DNA of 64,000 nucleotides from a virus. Below are positions 47,466 through 56,839 of the stretch, piece after piece (position 1 is the first letter of the stretch; the number at the start of each line of letters is the position of its first letter). The position numbers and the translations under genes are program-made. The stretch covers positions 1 to 64,000 of IMG/VR virus record IMGVR_UViG_3300043331_000441, one strand, 5' to 3'. The notes beneath the pieces are model-generated. The model had not been told where the DNA came from, searched no databases, and worked only from the letters and a program-made list of their open reading frames with translations.

Positions 47466-47658
47466 CCGTTCTGCTGCCGAAACACTCGGCACCGAGCAGC
47501 GCTGCTCGCACGTCGCGCTAGGTGACATAGAGAGCCGCTGCGAGCGCGAACACGGACACGGCGGGGCGCATCACTGCGCGGTCGATTCGGACCCGCATTG
47601 GAGGTACGTCATCTCGTGGTGGCCCAAGGACGCCCGCGCGGAGGCCCGTGATGCCTAG
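47458..47658 (+). CDS. Cys/His small protein
   Basis: C....H.H.G.H; alternative start 47425. Confidence 0.5.
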   Translation: MPDRSAAETLGTEQRCSHVALGDIESRCEREHGHGGAHHCAVDSDPHWRYVISWWPKDARAEARDA

Positions 47659-47890
47659 CGCGTGCCCGAAGTGCGGCACCCCCGGCGCTGAATCCTTAAC
47701 GCATGTCTGCGTCGTGCCTGACCGTCCTGCTGCCGGTGCGCCCGCCTGCCCCGATTGCGGGCTTAGTGGCCGCTTCCGCCCTTCTCGGCTCCGTCCTCCG
47801 CTCTGGCATTGCGACGGGTGTGCCCGTGACTTCCCGCCCCCTTCCGCTGCCGGTGCGCCAACCACCGAGCCGACGAGCGAGGCGCGATGA
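47651..47890 (+). CDS. Zn-ribbon protein
   Basis: CPKC, CPDC, CDGC. Confidence 0.6.
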   Translation: MPSACPKCGTPGAESLTHVCVVPDRPAAGAPACPDCGLSGRFRPSRLRPPLWHCDGCARDFPPPSAAGAPTTEPTSEAR

Positions 47891-48054
47891 CGATCGAAGT
47901 GGTCGGCAGGCGCTCGGCGCTCCAGTACGCGGTGGACGCCAATGGCAACTGGTGGTGGAAGCACGATTTCAGCAAGCGGTGGCGTCCTGCCGTTTGCGTC
48001 AGGTCGATCCCGCACGAGATCCTCGCTCTCGCCGCTGCCGGGGTGTCGTCGTGA
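47887..48054 (+). CDS. 55-aa hypothetical protein
   Basis: ATGA/GTGA coupling at both ends. Confidence 0.5.
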   Translation: MTIEVVGRRSALQYAVDANGNWWWKHDFSKRWRPAVCVRSIPHEILALAAAGVSS

Positions 48055-48419
48055 CCGGACGTCGGCTAAGAATCATCGTCTGCGGAAGTCGCAACTGGCA
48101 CGACCAACAACGAATCGCCGACCGCCTCGGCCACGTACCGGCCGACGCCACCATCGTCCACGGAGGCGCCCGCGGTGCCGACAGCATTGCTGGTGAAGAA
48201 GCGGCCAGACTCGGTCTTTTGGTCGAACCGCATTATGCCAACTGGGAGCGGTATGGACGCGCCGCGGGGCCGATTCGCAATCGCGAGATGGCCGACGCCG
48301 GTGCCGATCTTTGCATCGCCTTCCTTCAAGAAACACCTGACGCTCCGTCTCGCGGCACTCGTAATATGATCGACCAGGCGCGCGAACGAGGTATTCCAGT
48401 GGAGGTCATCGAGGCTTGA
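48051..48419 (+). CDS. SLOG-superfamily (DUF2493/YspA-related) protein
   Basis: IIVCGSR...VHGGARGAD...W..YGRAAGPIRN..M. Confidence 0.85.
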   Translation: MTGRRLRIIVCGSRNWHDQQRIADRLGHVPADATIVHGGARGADSIAGEEAARLGLLVEPHYANWERYGRAAGPIRNREMADAGADLCIAFLQETPDAPSRGTRNMIDQARERGIPVEVIEA

Positions 48420-49678
48420 GGCAATGCCCGAAGTGCGGCGATCCTATGGTCCAGTGGGGTCACGGCAGGATGGAACGCTGGCGTTGCCCGGCATGCCACC
48501 GGAAGCGGCGCAAGCAGTATCACGGCAAAGTCGAAATCATCGAGCAACCGGGATCACATCCGATGCCTGACGCGTCGGTGTTTGTGGACGATCACGATTT
48601 CAAGCTCTATATGGGCAACTGCCTCGACGTATTAGGCACGTTGCCCAGCGAGTCCGTCGATTGCGTGGTTACCAGTCCGCCGTATTGGGGGCTTCGTGAT
48701 TACCGAGCCGAAGGCCAGCTCGGCATGGAATCCACGCCAGAAGAGTTCGTCCAAAACATGACGTCTGTCTTTAGCGAAGCCCGGCGCATCCTTACTCCAC
48801 ACGGCACTTGCTGGGTTAATCTCGGTGATTCGTATACAAGTGGTGGCCGCACCTGGCGAGCACCGGATGCCAAGGACGCCTCAGGCGCACCACGAACAAT
48901 TGGTTCCCGCCCCGAAACTCCGCCAGGACTAAAGCCAAAAGATTTAGTTGGTATCCCCTGGCGCGTTGCTTTCGCGCTGCAGAACGATGGTTGGTGGCTT
49001 CGTAGCGACATTATTTGGTCGAAGGCCAACCCTATGCCAGAATCTGTTCTCGATCGTCCAACACGCTCCCACGAGTACATCTTCCTTCTTACGAAGCAAG
49101 CCCACTACTGGTGGGATATTGAGGCTGTGCGTGAACCGCACAATCCGGATAACCGCAGAATCACAACAGTGCAGGCCGGAGAAGGATCAATCCAACACCG
49201 TGACGGCGAACGCTGGCCAAACAGCGGTCGCAACATACGCTCGGTCTGGTCAATTCCCGCGCAACCGTATCCAGGCGCACACTTCGCAACCTTCCCGGAA
49301 GAACTCGCGCGACGCGCGATTGTCGCCGGATGCCCGCTCAAGGTTTGTCGTGAGTGTGGGAAACCATCCGAACGAATCGTTGAGCGCGACCGTGAAGATG
49401 TAGAGGGGTGGGCGCCCGTGCGCAAGCTAGAACACTCACAAGGCGCGGCCGAACAAGGCAACGGGCGCTTCGGCAATCCGCTTGTCACAACACTCGGCTG
49501 GACCGACTGTGGGCATAACAACTGGAGAAGCGGCATAGTCCTTGATCCGTTCATGGGCAGCGGCACGGTTGCCAAGGTTGCGCGCGACCATCAGCGCCAT
49601 GCTGTCGGCATCGAGTTGAACCCAGAGTATTGCCGCATGATCGCAGAGCGCCTGCAGCAGCTTTCTCTACTTGCCTAA
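48416..49678 (+). CDS. site-specific DNA methyltransferase (N4C/N6A, beta class) with N-terminal Zn ribbon
   Basis: VTSPPYWGLRDY, IIWSKANPMPES, HFATFP, VLDPFMGSGT. Confidence 0.9.
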   Translation: MRQCPKCGDPMVQWGHGRMERWRCPACHRKRRKQYHGKVEIIEQPGSHPMPDASVFVDDHDFKLYMGNCLDVLGTLPSESVDCVVTSPPYWGLRDYRAEGQLGMESTPEEFVQNMTSVFSEARRILTPHGTCWVNLGDSYTSGGRTWRAPDAKDASGAPRTIGSRPETPPGLKPKDLVGIPWRVAFALQNDGWWLRSDIIWSKANPMPESVLDRPTRSHEYIFLLTKQAHYWWDIEAVREPHNPDNRRITTVQAGEGSIQHRDGERWPNSGRNIRSVWSIPAQPYPGAHFATFPEELARRAIVAGCPLKVCRECGKPSERIVERDREDVEGWAPVRKLEHSQGAAEQGNGRFGNPLVTTLGWTDCGHNNWRSGIVLDPFMGSGTVAKVARDHQRHAVGIELNPEYCRMIAERLQQLSLLA

Positions 49679-49712
49679 CAACATGGCCCAATGCGGCCTA
49701 GAAAGGAGAACG

Positions 49713-50075
49713 GTGAGCAATGTTGATGTAAACGAAGATTTTGTGGTTTCAGTCCATGCACTCGAACGCTTCGAAGAACGGTTCCCAGAGGAATGGTCTA
49801 ACGATGCAGGCGTTGGCCAGTTGATCCACCGCGAGACGATGGATGCCCTGGAGGCTGGTCGTGTGTCGAGCATTCCGCCGCTTGAGTTTGCTGACAACGA
49901 CATCTCCCGTTGGAACGCACGCAAGTCCAAGATCGTCTGGGTACCCGACAAGACCCGCGGCTACGTGATCGTGGACGGCTACGAGGGGATGACCGTCGCG
50001 ACGGTGCTCACTGGGCAGCCAGCAGAACAGGCGCGTAATAAACTGTACGGTGCGACAAAAAGACCACGACGATAG
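49713..50075 (+). CDS. hypothetical protein
   Basis: Start motif; SVHALERFEERF. Confidence 0.7.
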   Translation: MSNVDVNEDFVVSVHALERFEERFPEEWSNDAGVGQLIHRETMDALEAGRVSSIPPLEFADNDISRWNARKSKIVWVPDKTRGYVIVDGYEGMTVATVLTGQPAEQARNKLYGATKRPRR

Positions 50076-50104
50076 AAAGCCAACCGGTTCAAGCCCGGTA
50101 AAGG

Positions 50105-50281
50105 ATGGTGGCCAAACATGACAGAGCCAAGCGCGAGAAGGAGATAAGGAACCAGGCGTACGCAAATCGCTACCGCCAGCGTGAGTGCAAGAAGTGCAAG
50201 CACCGCAGTTCCCGCCCAGGACGTTGTGTGATCTGTGGCGGCGATATGAAGCAAGGAAAGGAGAACAGTGGATCTTCCTAG
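50105..50281 (+). CDS. 58-aa Zn-finger peptide
   Basis: CKKC...CVICGG. Confidence 0.5.
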   Translation: MVAKHDRAKREKEIRNQAYANRYRQRECKKCKHRSSRPGRCVICGGDMKQGKENSGSS

Positions 50282-50477
50282 GACGACGGCGCTCCGTCCA
50301 CGCCCCGTGTGGATGCGCCACCTCAAGCGATCGTTGATGAACCTGGAGGATCCCGGGCCTCCAACAGAGGCAGAAAAACAGGACGCGATCAAGGTCCTGC
50401 GTGATCCAGACAACGCCGGGGTGCCCGGCCTTTGGATCGAAGCTCATCGCATTTTCGATGAAGCAGGAAGGGAGTAG
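50268..50477 (+). CDS. hypothetical protein
   Basis: Start motif. Confidence 0.6.
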   Translation: MDLPRTTALRPRPVWMRHLKRSLMNLEDPGPPTEAEKQDAIKVLRDPDNAGVPGLWIEAHRIFDEAGRE

Positions 50478-50479
50478 GA

Positions 50480-51148
50480 GTGGCAAAGAAGAAGAAGCAG
50501 CTCAAGACAGTCCTGACGTTTGTGCAGGACGAGACTGGCTCGATGATGGGGATCGCCGACCGGACGATCTCGGCCTTCAACGAATACTTCGACACGCTGA
50601 AGAAAGAGAAGGACATCGGCGACGTCGAGACGATCATCTGGCAGTTCTCCGATACGCAGACGGAGGCGCGCGTGCGCAAGCTCCACGAGGGCCCGCTCGC
50701 CGATGTACCGACACTCGACGCCCAGAGCTACCGGCCACGCGGTGTCACCCCGCTACTCGATGCCGTTGGAACAGCAATTCAGCAGGCCGAGGGCAAGAAG
50801 GCCGACCGTCATCTGTTCATCGTGCAGACAGACGGACTGGAGAACGCGAGCGTGGACTTCACGCGCGAAGAGATCGCAAAGCTCGTCGCGAAGAAAGAGA
50901 AGGCCGAGAACTGGACGCTCGTCTTCCTCGGCGCAGGTATCGCGAACTGGGTCAGCGAAGCACGCGCGATGGGGGCCACTGGCCAGTCCGTCACAAGCTA
51001 CGACCCTGGCGATCAGACAGTCGCTTACGCCAGTCTGAGTTCCACCGCCGGTGCGTTCCTGCGCACAAACAGCGTCAAGGCACACAGCCTTGGCTCAGAC
51101 ACCGAGAAGGAGATCAAGAGACGGAAGAAGACCACGCCGAAGTCGTAA
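50480..51148 (+). CDS. vWA domain protein
   Basis: VQDETGSM...TPLLDAVG...TDGLENAS...FLGA. Confidence 0.85.
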   Translation: MAKKKKQLKTVLTFVQDETGSMMGIADRTISAFNEYFDTLKKEKDIGDVETIIWQFSDTQTEARVRKLHEGPLADVPTLDAQSYRPRGVTPLLDAVGTAIQQAEGKKADRHLFIVQTDGLENASVDFTREEIAKLVAKKEKAENWTLVFLGAGIANWVSEARAMGATGQSVTSYDPGDQTVAYASLSSTAGAFLRTNSVKAHSLGSDTEKEIKRRKKTTPKS

Positions 51149-51176
51149 TTCACACACCGGAGAAAGGAGAACAGCA

Positions 51177-51557
51177 ATGAGGCAGGTCACAGTTCAGAAG
51201 GACGATCTGATGGAGATCGTCAAGGCAAACCGCGACGAGCACCGCACGATCTTCGAGAAGGCCGTCGAGGGTTACCGCAAACGAGCGATCGAGATCCTCG
51301 AAGAGCACATCGAACGAATCAAGCACGGCAAGGTCGAGCGTGTCGTGGTGCAGTTGCCGGTGCCGCAGGATCACACGGCCGACTACGACCGCGTGCTGAA
51401 GATGCTCGACATGAGCGTTGACGACGAGGTCACGCTCGACGAGCAGGCGTTCGCCGAGTACGTGATGGACGACTGGCACTGGCAGCGGCAGTTCCTGACC
51501 GACTCATCTTCGTTCACGGCGCTTGCCGCTGCAAAGCTCGACCGACTCAACAAGTAA
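51177..51557 (+). CDS. conserved phage hypothetical protein
   Basis: N...H...F..A..GY...P.DHT.DYDR...ML.MS. Confidence 0.75.
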   Translation: MRQVTVQKDDLMEIVKANRDEHRTIFEKAVEGYRKRAIEILEEHIERIKHGKVERVVVQLPVPQDHTADYDRVLKMLDMSVDDEVTLDEQAFAEYVMDDWHWQRQFLTDSSSFTALAAAKLDRLNK

Positions 51558-51567
51558 AGGAGAACAG

Positions 51568-51732
51568 ATGCACGGCAAATCGTTCGCGGCGGGTGTCGCG
51601 GCTGGCGTACTTGGGCTGCTGTTGCTCAAGTCGCTCACCCACCTTTTCCTGCCGCTCCTAGTGATCGTGGGGATCATCGTCGTCGCGTACGTCATATTCG
51701 GCGGAGGTCGCAATGAGCGTCCACCCGCTTGA
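51568..51732 (+). CDS. small two-TM protein
   Basis: Start motif; hydrophobic. Confidence 0.65.
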   Translation: MHGKSFAAGVAAGVLGLLLLKSLTHLFLPLLVIVGIIVVAYVIFGGGRNERPPA

Positions 51733-51910
51733 CGACGAAGAGGTTGTCTGCACCGTCACGCTCCTGCATACCCCGACCGGGGCAATTGCACAGCGGGCAG
51801 AGACGGCACCAGCAGACGGCCCTCCCGATGTAGATGGGGCTGTCGAGAAAGCAAAGAGGGGCGCCCTCGACAGCCTGCTCAGTCAACTCGAACAGATAGG
51901 TGGTGCATGA
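51713..51910 (+). CDS. hypothetical protein
   Basis: GGAGGT RBS. Confidence 0.55.
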   Translation: MSVHPLDDEEVVCTVTLLHTPTGAIAQRAETAPADGPPDVDGAVEKAKRGALDSLLSQLEQIGGA

Positions 51911-52983
51911 TGAGAAAGGCCCTGATCATCCTTGTGTTCTTGGCGCTGTTCGCCTTCCTGGCGACCGGTTGCAACGAGAACACGTCTGCCAAGTCCGACG
52001 AGACCGTTTGTGTGTTCGACGGCTCCGAACATGGCTCGCAAAAGTTGAAGTACCAGATCTTCCCTGGCCAGGAGCCGCGGAAGTCGGACAGCAACGACGA
52101 GGTTGTTCGCATTCCTACCTCGTTCCGTTTCTATGCCGCGTTCCGTGATCGCTCGCGCGCAGATGCGGGTGCACCAGAGTTCTATCTCGGCTACGCGAAG
52201 GACAACGTCCCTGTGCAAGTCGAGGGTCAGGACAAGTTCCGCTTCAACACCGACAACGCCTGTGAGTGGTATGCCCGCCACGGGCGGCGTAACGCCAACG
52301 ACGGAAACCTTGGCTTCAACGCTCGTTCGAACGAGTCAGCATCGGACTTCTCGCCGTGGGTGCGCTGGCTGAACGAGAACTTCGGCAGCGTGATGGCCGC
52401 AACGATCAAGGCCGAATCGAAGAACTTCACGTGGCCGGAGTTGGTGTACGGCGACGACCCGGAGGGGCCGCAGCGTTCCCAGGGCGTCGACATCGCCTAC
52501 GGCAAGTGGATCGGCTACAAGTTCACGCAGAGGCTGCAAGAGTCGATCGGTGGCTCGTTCTTCTGTGGCACCAACCCGGAAATCTGGGAGGGCTACGAGA
52601 TCGACAAGAACTGCCCGCCGATCTTCTTCGAGACCGGGCCAATCAAGACGCAAGACGACACCCTGATGACTCAGCACGCAGCCACGATTGCATTGCAGGC
52701 GAAGGCCAACAACGATGCGTTGGCGGCCAAGATCCGTGCCGATGCGCTGCGCAAGCAGCTTGCCGAAGAAGCGGTGGCGGCGAAGATCAGAGCACAGCGC
52801 GTTGGTTCTCAGCGGCGTGACGAGAAGACGAAGCAGCGCGTACTGCAGGAACAGGTGAAGACGGCGCGGTTGCAGACGCTTTCCGATCCGGACGTGCAGA
52901 AGTGCCTTGTCTACGCGAAGAGTGGGCTGGACTGCGACGGCAAGTGGCCGACCAAGGTGATTCTCGGACAGTCCGGGAGGTAA
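51907..52983 (+). CDS. lipoprotein with C-terminal coiled coil (SPFH/band-7-like architecture)
   Basis: LATGC lipobox; Ala/Glu/Lys-rich tail. Confidence 0.6.
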   Translation: MMRKALIILVFLALFAFLATGCNENTSAKSDETVCVFDGSEHGSQKLKYQIFPGQEPRKSDSNDEVVRIPTSFRFYAAFRDRSRADAGAPEFYLGYAKDNVPVQVEGQDKFRFNTDNACEWYARHGRRNANDGNLGFNARSNESASDFSPWVRWLNENFGSVMAATIKAESKNFTWPELVYGDDPEGPQRSQGVDIAYGKWIGYKFTQRLQESIGGSFFCGTNPEIWEGYEIDKNCPPIFFETGPIKTQDDTLMTQHAATIALQAKANNDALAAKIRADALRKQLAEEAVAAKIRAQRVGSQRRDEKTKQRVLQEQVKTARLQTLSDPDVQKCLVYAKSGLDCDGKWPTKVILGQSGR

Positions 52984-52987
52984 GGCG

Positions 52988-53773
52988 ATGGGACGCACCG
53001 AAACAAAGCTCACCGCCGGGTGGGTGGTCTGCGGTGCGATCTGGCTGGCATGGGCCGTGTTTGCGTTTGGTGCCAACCAAGCGAAGGACTCGAACTACCG
53101 CGACAAGCTCGACGCCGCAAAGACACAACAGGTGTTCTGGCGCGTCGTGGCAGGAAGAGAACAGGGCAACGAGAGCGGGGTGCTGAACAAGCTCGCGAAC
53201 GATTTACGAGCGACGCCCGCGTCGGAATTGGTCGACTTTCGTGGCGACTCCAACCGGTACGGCGGCATCACAGAGGCTCTCGGCTACGACCCGTTCAATG
53301 GCCCTAACTGCCAGGAATGCGGGCCGCTCGACGACGCAGTCGTAGCGGACGCAATCGAAATCAAGAAGGGTGGGTTGCAGGCGGTGGTGGCACGCCTGCA
53401 ACCTCCCAAGCCAGATCACGTCAGTGGACCACCGCTTGTCCTATGGCTCGTGTGGCTTGTATCGCTGCCGCTTGCGGTCTTCGGTTACAAGCGCTACGCA
53501 CAACACCGCCATGAAGTGAAGTACGGCGAGTACACACAGGAACTCGAACTCGCCGATTCGTTGTCAAGCGCAATGAAGGGCCTGCCCTCACCGCAGGCCG
53601 ACGAGCTGGGCGTCCTTCGCAGCAAGCTGCTGGAAGGAATCGATCAGCGCGTCAAGTACGGAGAAGATGAGGCGAAGCAGATGCGTCTGGCGGCGCTGAA
53701 GGAAGAAGCGCTCGCCACGCTCGAAGCCATTGATGAGGGCAACCGTGTCCTCGCGAAAGGAGAACACCAATGA
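52988..53773 (+). CDS. two-TM membrane protein
   Basis: Hydrophobic helices near N-terminus and middle. Confidence 0.7.
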   Translation: MGRTETKLTAGWVVCGAIWLAWAVFAFGANQAKDSNYRDKLDAAKTQQVFWRVVAGREQGNESGVLNKLANDLRATPASELVDFRGDSNRYGGITEALGYDPFNGPNCQECGPLDDAVVADAIEIKKGGLQAVVARLQPPKPDHVSGPPLVLWLVWLVSLPLAVFGYKRYAQHRHEVKYGEYTQELELADSLSSAMKGLPSPQADELGVLRSKLLEGIDQRVKYGEDEAKQMRLAALKEEALATLEAIDEGNRVLAKGEHQ

Positions 53774-54498
53774 AGCGTCTCAAGTTCATCCTCGCCTCCA
53801 TCTGGAGCGCGTTCCTTGGCAAGAAGGAAGGGCAGTACCACCGGGAGATCCTCGACCTCACCTATGAACAGATGACAGACGGTCTGGTCGAGGTGAAGCG
53901 TGACCTCGCAAACGTCGCGACTGCGAAGCATCGCATCCTGCAGTTGGTCGAGAAGGCACGTACCGAAACGCTCACGTTGGAGAGCAACGCCGTCGGCTTC
54001 CTCAACGCTGGTGACGAGCAGAGCGCACGCGAGAGCCTGGAGCGGAAGGCTGCCGTGTCTCAGCAGCTAGTGCAGCTGGAAAGCCAGGCGGCAGGCATCT
54101 CGATTCGACAGAAGGCGCTGGAAGACAACCAGCGTGAGCTGGAAACGCGCATCTCGGCGTTCAAGGCGGAGAAGGAAGTCATCAAGGCCCGCTACTCGGC
54201 AGCGCAAGCCACGGCGCGGATCGGTGAGACCGTCACCGGGATCAGCAAGGACGCGCGTGAGGCAACGAAGGCCGTGGGTCGGATTACCGAGCAGACGGAG
54301 GAGCTGGAGGCACGTGGCGACGCGCTCTCCGAGCTGATCCAGGGCGGCAGCCTGGAAGACGTGTTCAACCCTGGGCAGTCACCGCTCGACAGGCGGGCGC
54401 TCGAAATGGCGCGCAACGAAGCGGTCGAGAACGATCTCGCGCGGCTGCGTAAGCAGATCGGCCAGGGCACCCCTGCGCCCACGGGTGGTGGCAGCTGA
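53770..54498 (+). CDS. pspA: PspA/IM30 (ESCRT-III-like) family protein
   Basis: Long coiled coil; A...GDE..ARE.L.RK; K.V.KARY.AA.A. Confidence 0.8.
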   Translation: MKRLKFILASIWSAFLGKKEGQYHREILDLTYEQMTDGLVEVKRDLANVATAKHRILQLVEKARTETLTLESNAVGFLNAGDEQSARESLERKAAVSQQLVQLESQAAGISIRQKALEDNQRELETRISAFKAEKEVIKARYSAAQATARIGETVTGISKDAREATKAVGRITEQTEELEARGDALSELIQGGSLEDVFNPGQSPLDRRALEMARNEAVENDLARLRKQIGQGTPAPTGGGS

Positions 54499-54716
54499 TG
54501 ACGCTCGCGGAGCTGCTCAAGGAACTCCCGAGCTACAACGAGGTTGCGGGGCACATGCTGCCGAGTGGTGAGCTATGCCTAATGCTGAACCACCGTGTCA
54601 CTCTCGATAACGCTGTCCTCGTCCGCGTACGTGCGGACGAGGACGTGCTCGCCTTCTACACAGAAGACGAAGCAGCGATCGAGGTGATCAACACAGGAGG
54701 CGACTGGCCATCATGA
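54498..54716 (+). CDS. hypothetical protein
   Basis: TGATG coupling. Confidence 0.6.
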   Translation: MTLAELLKELPSYNEVAGHMLPSGELCLMLNHRVTLDNAVLVRVRADEDVLAFYTEDEAAIEVINTGGDWPS

Positions 54717-54825
54717 AAAGATGGAAGGAGAGATACGACCGTTACATGTTCGCGCTAGGCGAACGATGGTCGATTGCGCTCACCGACTGGCTGCGCAAGA
54801 AGTTCAACCTGCCAAGGAGAGATGC

Positions 54826-54981
54826 ATGAGTGACGTCGAAAAAACCGTCGAAGAGACGCCGGATCAGTCGATCATCGTGGTCCGCGAACGGCAGTACATG
54901 TGGGCGATCTACTTCGCCTTCATCGTCCTTGTCGCAGCGATCACGTTTGGTGTCATGGAACTCCTGTTCGGAGGACGCTGA
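54826..54981 (+). CDS. small single-TM protein
   Basis: AAGGAG RBS; hydrophobic C-terminus. Confidence 0.55.
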   Translation: MSDVEKTVEETPDQSIIVVRERQYMWAIYFAFIVLVAAITFGVMELLFGGR

Positions 54982-55223
54982 TGGTCGGCATCGTTGATCG
55001 CGTACTCCGGCGTCTAGGGCTAAGACCGCCCTACGAGACACGTGATCGAGAGGCGACGTACCGCATCAAGGGTGGCCGTGTTCTTACCGACGCCGACATC
55101 CAGGCACTAGCCGATGAGGCGGAGAGGGGATACGACGTCGACGCACTCCGCAATATCACTGCGATGCCCGATGATGGCTCGGACGATCCTGAGGCACGGA
55201 AACGTATGTTGGAAAACACGTAG
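54981..55223 (+). CDS. hypothetical protein
   Basis: TGATG coupling; GRVLTDADIQALADEAERGYD. Confidence 0.6.
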   Translation: MVGIVDRVLRRLGLRPPYETRDREATYRIKGGRVLTDADIQALADEAERGYDVDALRNITAMPDDGSDDPEARKRMLENT

Positions 55224-55236
55224 AAAGGAGAACATC

Positions 55237-55506
55237 GTGAAGCGACAGCTTCCGGAAGGCGCGAAGGTCAAGTTCCAGCACGAGCGATTGTTCACGCAAG
55301 ACAGGCCGCTGAGCGCACAGCCGCGCGGCGGGAAGACCACCGCAATCGTCACGTTCGCTGATGGTGGACAGGTTCTGGGGGAAGCAATGTGCTCCTCCAA
55401 GGACAATTACTGCAAGCGCATCGGGCGCGACATTGCGCTTGGTCGCGCTTTGGCGAGCCTCGAAGCAACCGCAGACGCACAAAGCCCAGAAAGGAGAACG
55501 GCATGA
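55237..55506 (+). CDS. conserved phage hypothetical protein
   Basis: RGG.T...CS.KDNYC...GR.IALGRA. Confidence 0.75.
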   Translation: MKRQLPEGAKVKFQHERLFTQDRPLSAQPRGGKTTAIVTFADGGQVLGEAMCSSKDNYCKRIGRDIALGRALASLEATADAQSPERRTA

Positions 55507-55895
55507 TCAAGCCCAACAGCGCCGCCGAGGCAGTCGCACAGGGAGCCCAGTTGCTCGACGAGAAAGAACCTGGCTGGTGGCGCGAAATCGACCTCGGCAC
55601 ACTCGAACTCTCAAGCTGCAAGCGTTGCATCTGCGGGCAGCTTGGCGAAAGAAAGCGGAAATCGTACGAGAGCTATGTGCACGGAACCCTCGACGTGCCC
55701 ATGTACTTCGATGACGCCTGCTACGAGCACGGCCCGTCGTATTACGGTTTCGACTGTCTCTATGAGACCGTCGAAACCGTCGAACCGCTCGCGACATGGG
55801 ATGAACTGGACGCCGAGTGGGAGAAGGTCATCCTTGCCCGACGCGAGGCCGACAAGCTTGTCCCCGCTGAGGAGAGAGAGATGGTGACTACGTGA
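55503..55895 (+). CDS. actinophage-type hypothetical protein
   Basis: GAQLLDE..PGW...ID...C.CGQL. Confidence 0.7.
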   Translation: MIKPNSAAEAVAQGAQLLDEKEPGWWREIDLGTLELSSCKRCICGQLGERKRKSYESYVHGTLDVPMYFDDACYEHGPSYYGFDCLYETVETVEPLATWDELDAEWEKVILARREADKLVPAEEREMVTT

Positions 55896-56146
55896 GCCGA
55901 ACCTACATTGTCTTCGGCTCCGACGACAAGCGGAACTGGAAGGACCTCGGCCCGTTCACCGCCGGGGGCGCCCCCCAGGCGATCAAACAGGCAATCGAGA
56001 AGACGCAACACGGACATTACTTCGCGGTTGCCGAAGGAAATATCACGGCGGTCACACCAGAGGTTCAACAGCGCGCACCGATTGTGCGGCTACGGCCGAT
56101 GGCGCGCGGGCAGCTCACAGTGGAAGACGCCCTCAAGGAGTCGTAG
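55892..56146 (+). CDS. hypothetical protein
   Basis: GTGA coupling. Confidence 0.65.
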   Translation: MSRTYIVFGSDDKRNWKDLGPFTAGGAPQAIKQAIEKTQHGHYFAVAEGNITAVTPEVQQRAPIVRLRPMARGQLTVEDALKES

Positions 56147-56172
56147 GATCGGAGAAAACCTCCGGAGGGAAG

Positions 56173-56682
56173 ATGACCGAGATCGTCCCCGTCCCATCGC
56201 AAGGCATCCAGCTACTCGCCGAGTTAGAGAAGGCGGGGGCGATCACCAACACCGCACTCATCCTCCCACCAGACATACCGTACGAGCAGTGTGAATCACT
56301 CGCGACGATGCTCGGTCAGCTGCACCGCACGTCGCAGTGGCTGATCGGTGATTTGCTCAATCACATCGAACGGGTCTACGGTGAGACGTATGCACAGGCA
56401 GCGGAGGCAACAGGTCTCTCGAAAGGGGCGCTCATGAACTACACCTCTGTCTGCGCGCACATACCGCGCTCACGGCGGCGGCACAACGTGCCGTTCTCAA
56501 CCCACATGGAAGTTGCGTATCTCGAACCGACCGAGCAGGAACGCTGGTTGAGCCAGGCTGCCGCGAATCGGTGGACAAAGGAAGAACTGCGTGCTGCGAG
56601 AAAAGCAGAGGGCAATCACTCGCCAGCGGTAGTAGAATGCGTATGTGCAGCGTGTGGACATGTCCACACGCACACCGCATAA
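56173..56682 (+). CDS. LmbU-like DNA-binding protein
   Basis: SQWLIGD...Y.QAAEATGLS...L.NY...RRR..V.FS.H.EVA...WL..A. Confidence 0.75.
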   Translation: MTEIVPVPSQGIQLLAELEKAGAITNTALILPPDIPYEQCESLATMLGQLHRTSQWLIGDLLNHIERVYGETYAQAAEATGLSKGALMNYTSVCAHIPRSRRRHNVPFSTHMEVAYLEPTEQERWLSQAAANRWTKEELRAARKAEGNHSPAVVECVCAACGHVHTHTA

Positions 56683-56705
56683 AAGGAGAGCAACAGCAAT
56701 AATAT

Positions 56706-56810
56706 GCGCCCGTAGCTCATTGGTAGAGCACCGGTCTGATTGGCCGGAGGTAAGCGCGAAAGCATAGGTGGGTTCATCGCCACCGAAAGGTTCGATTCCT
56801 GCCGGGCGCT
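56706..56810 (+). tRNA. tRNA-Ile(GAU)-like gene with 32-nt T-stem insertion (56756-56787)
   Basis: Acceptor GCGCCCG/CGGGCGC; D GCTC/GAGC; CCGGT-CTGATTG-GCCGG; T stem GC|insert|AGG-TTCGATT-CCTGC. Confidence 0.65.
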
Positions 56811-56839
56811 TACGCAAGAGAGCAGCGCACTCTCTAGGG

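Noticed and set aside
48416-49678. In-window MTase as writer of the GGCGCC palindrome
   Set aside because: Specificity cannot be read from sequence, and the SPPY (N4C/N6A) class does not explain the C-to-T variant pattern.
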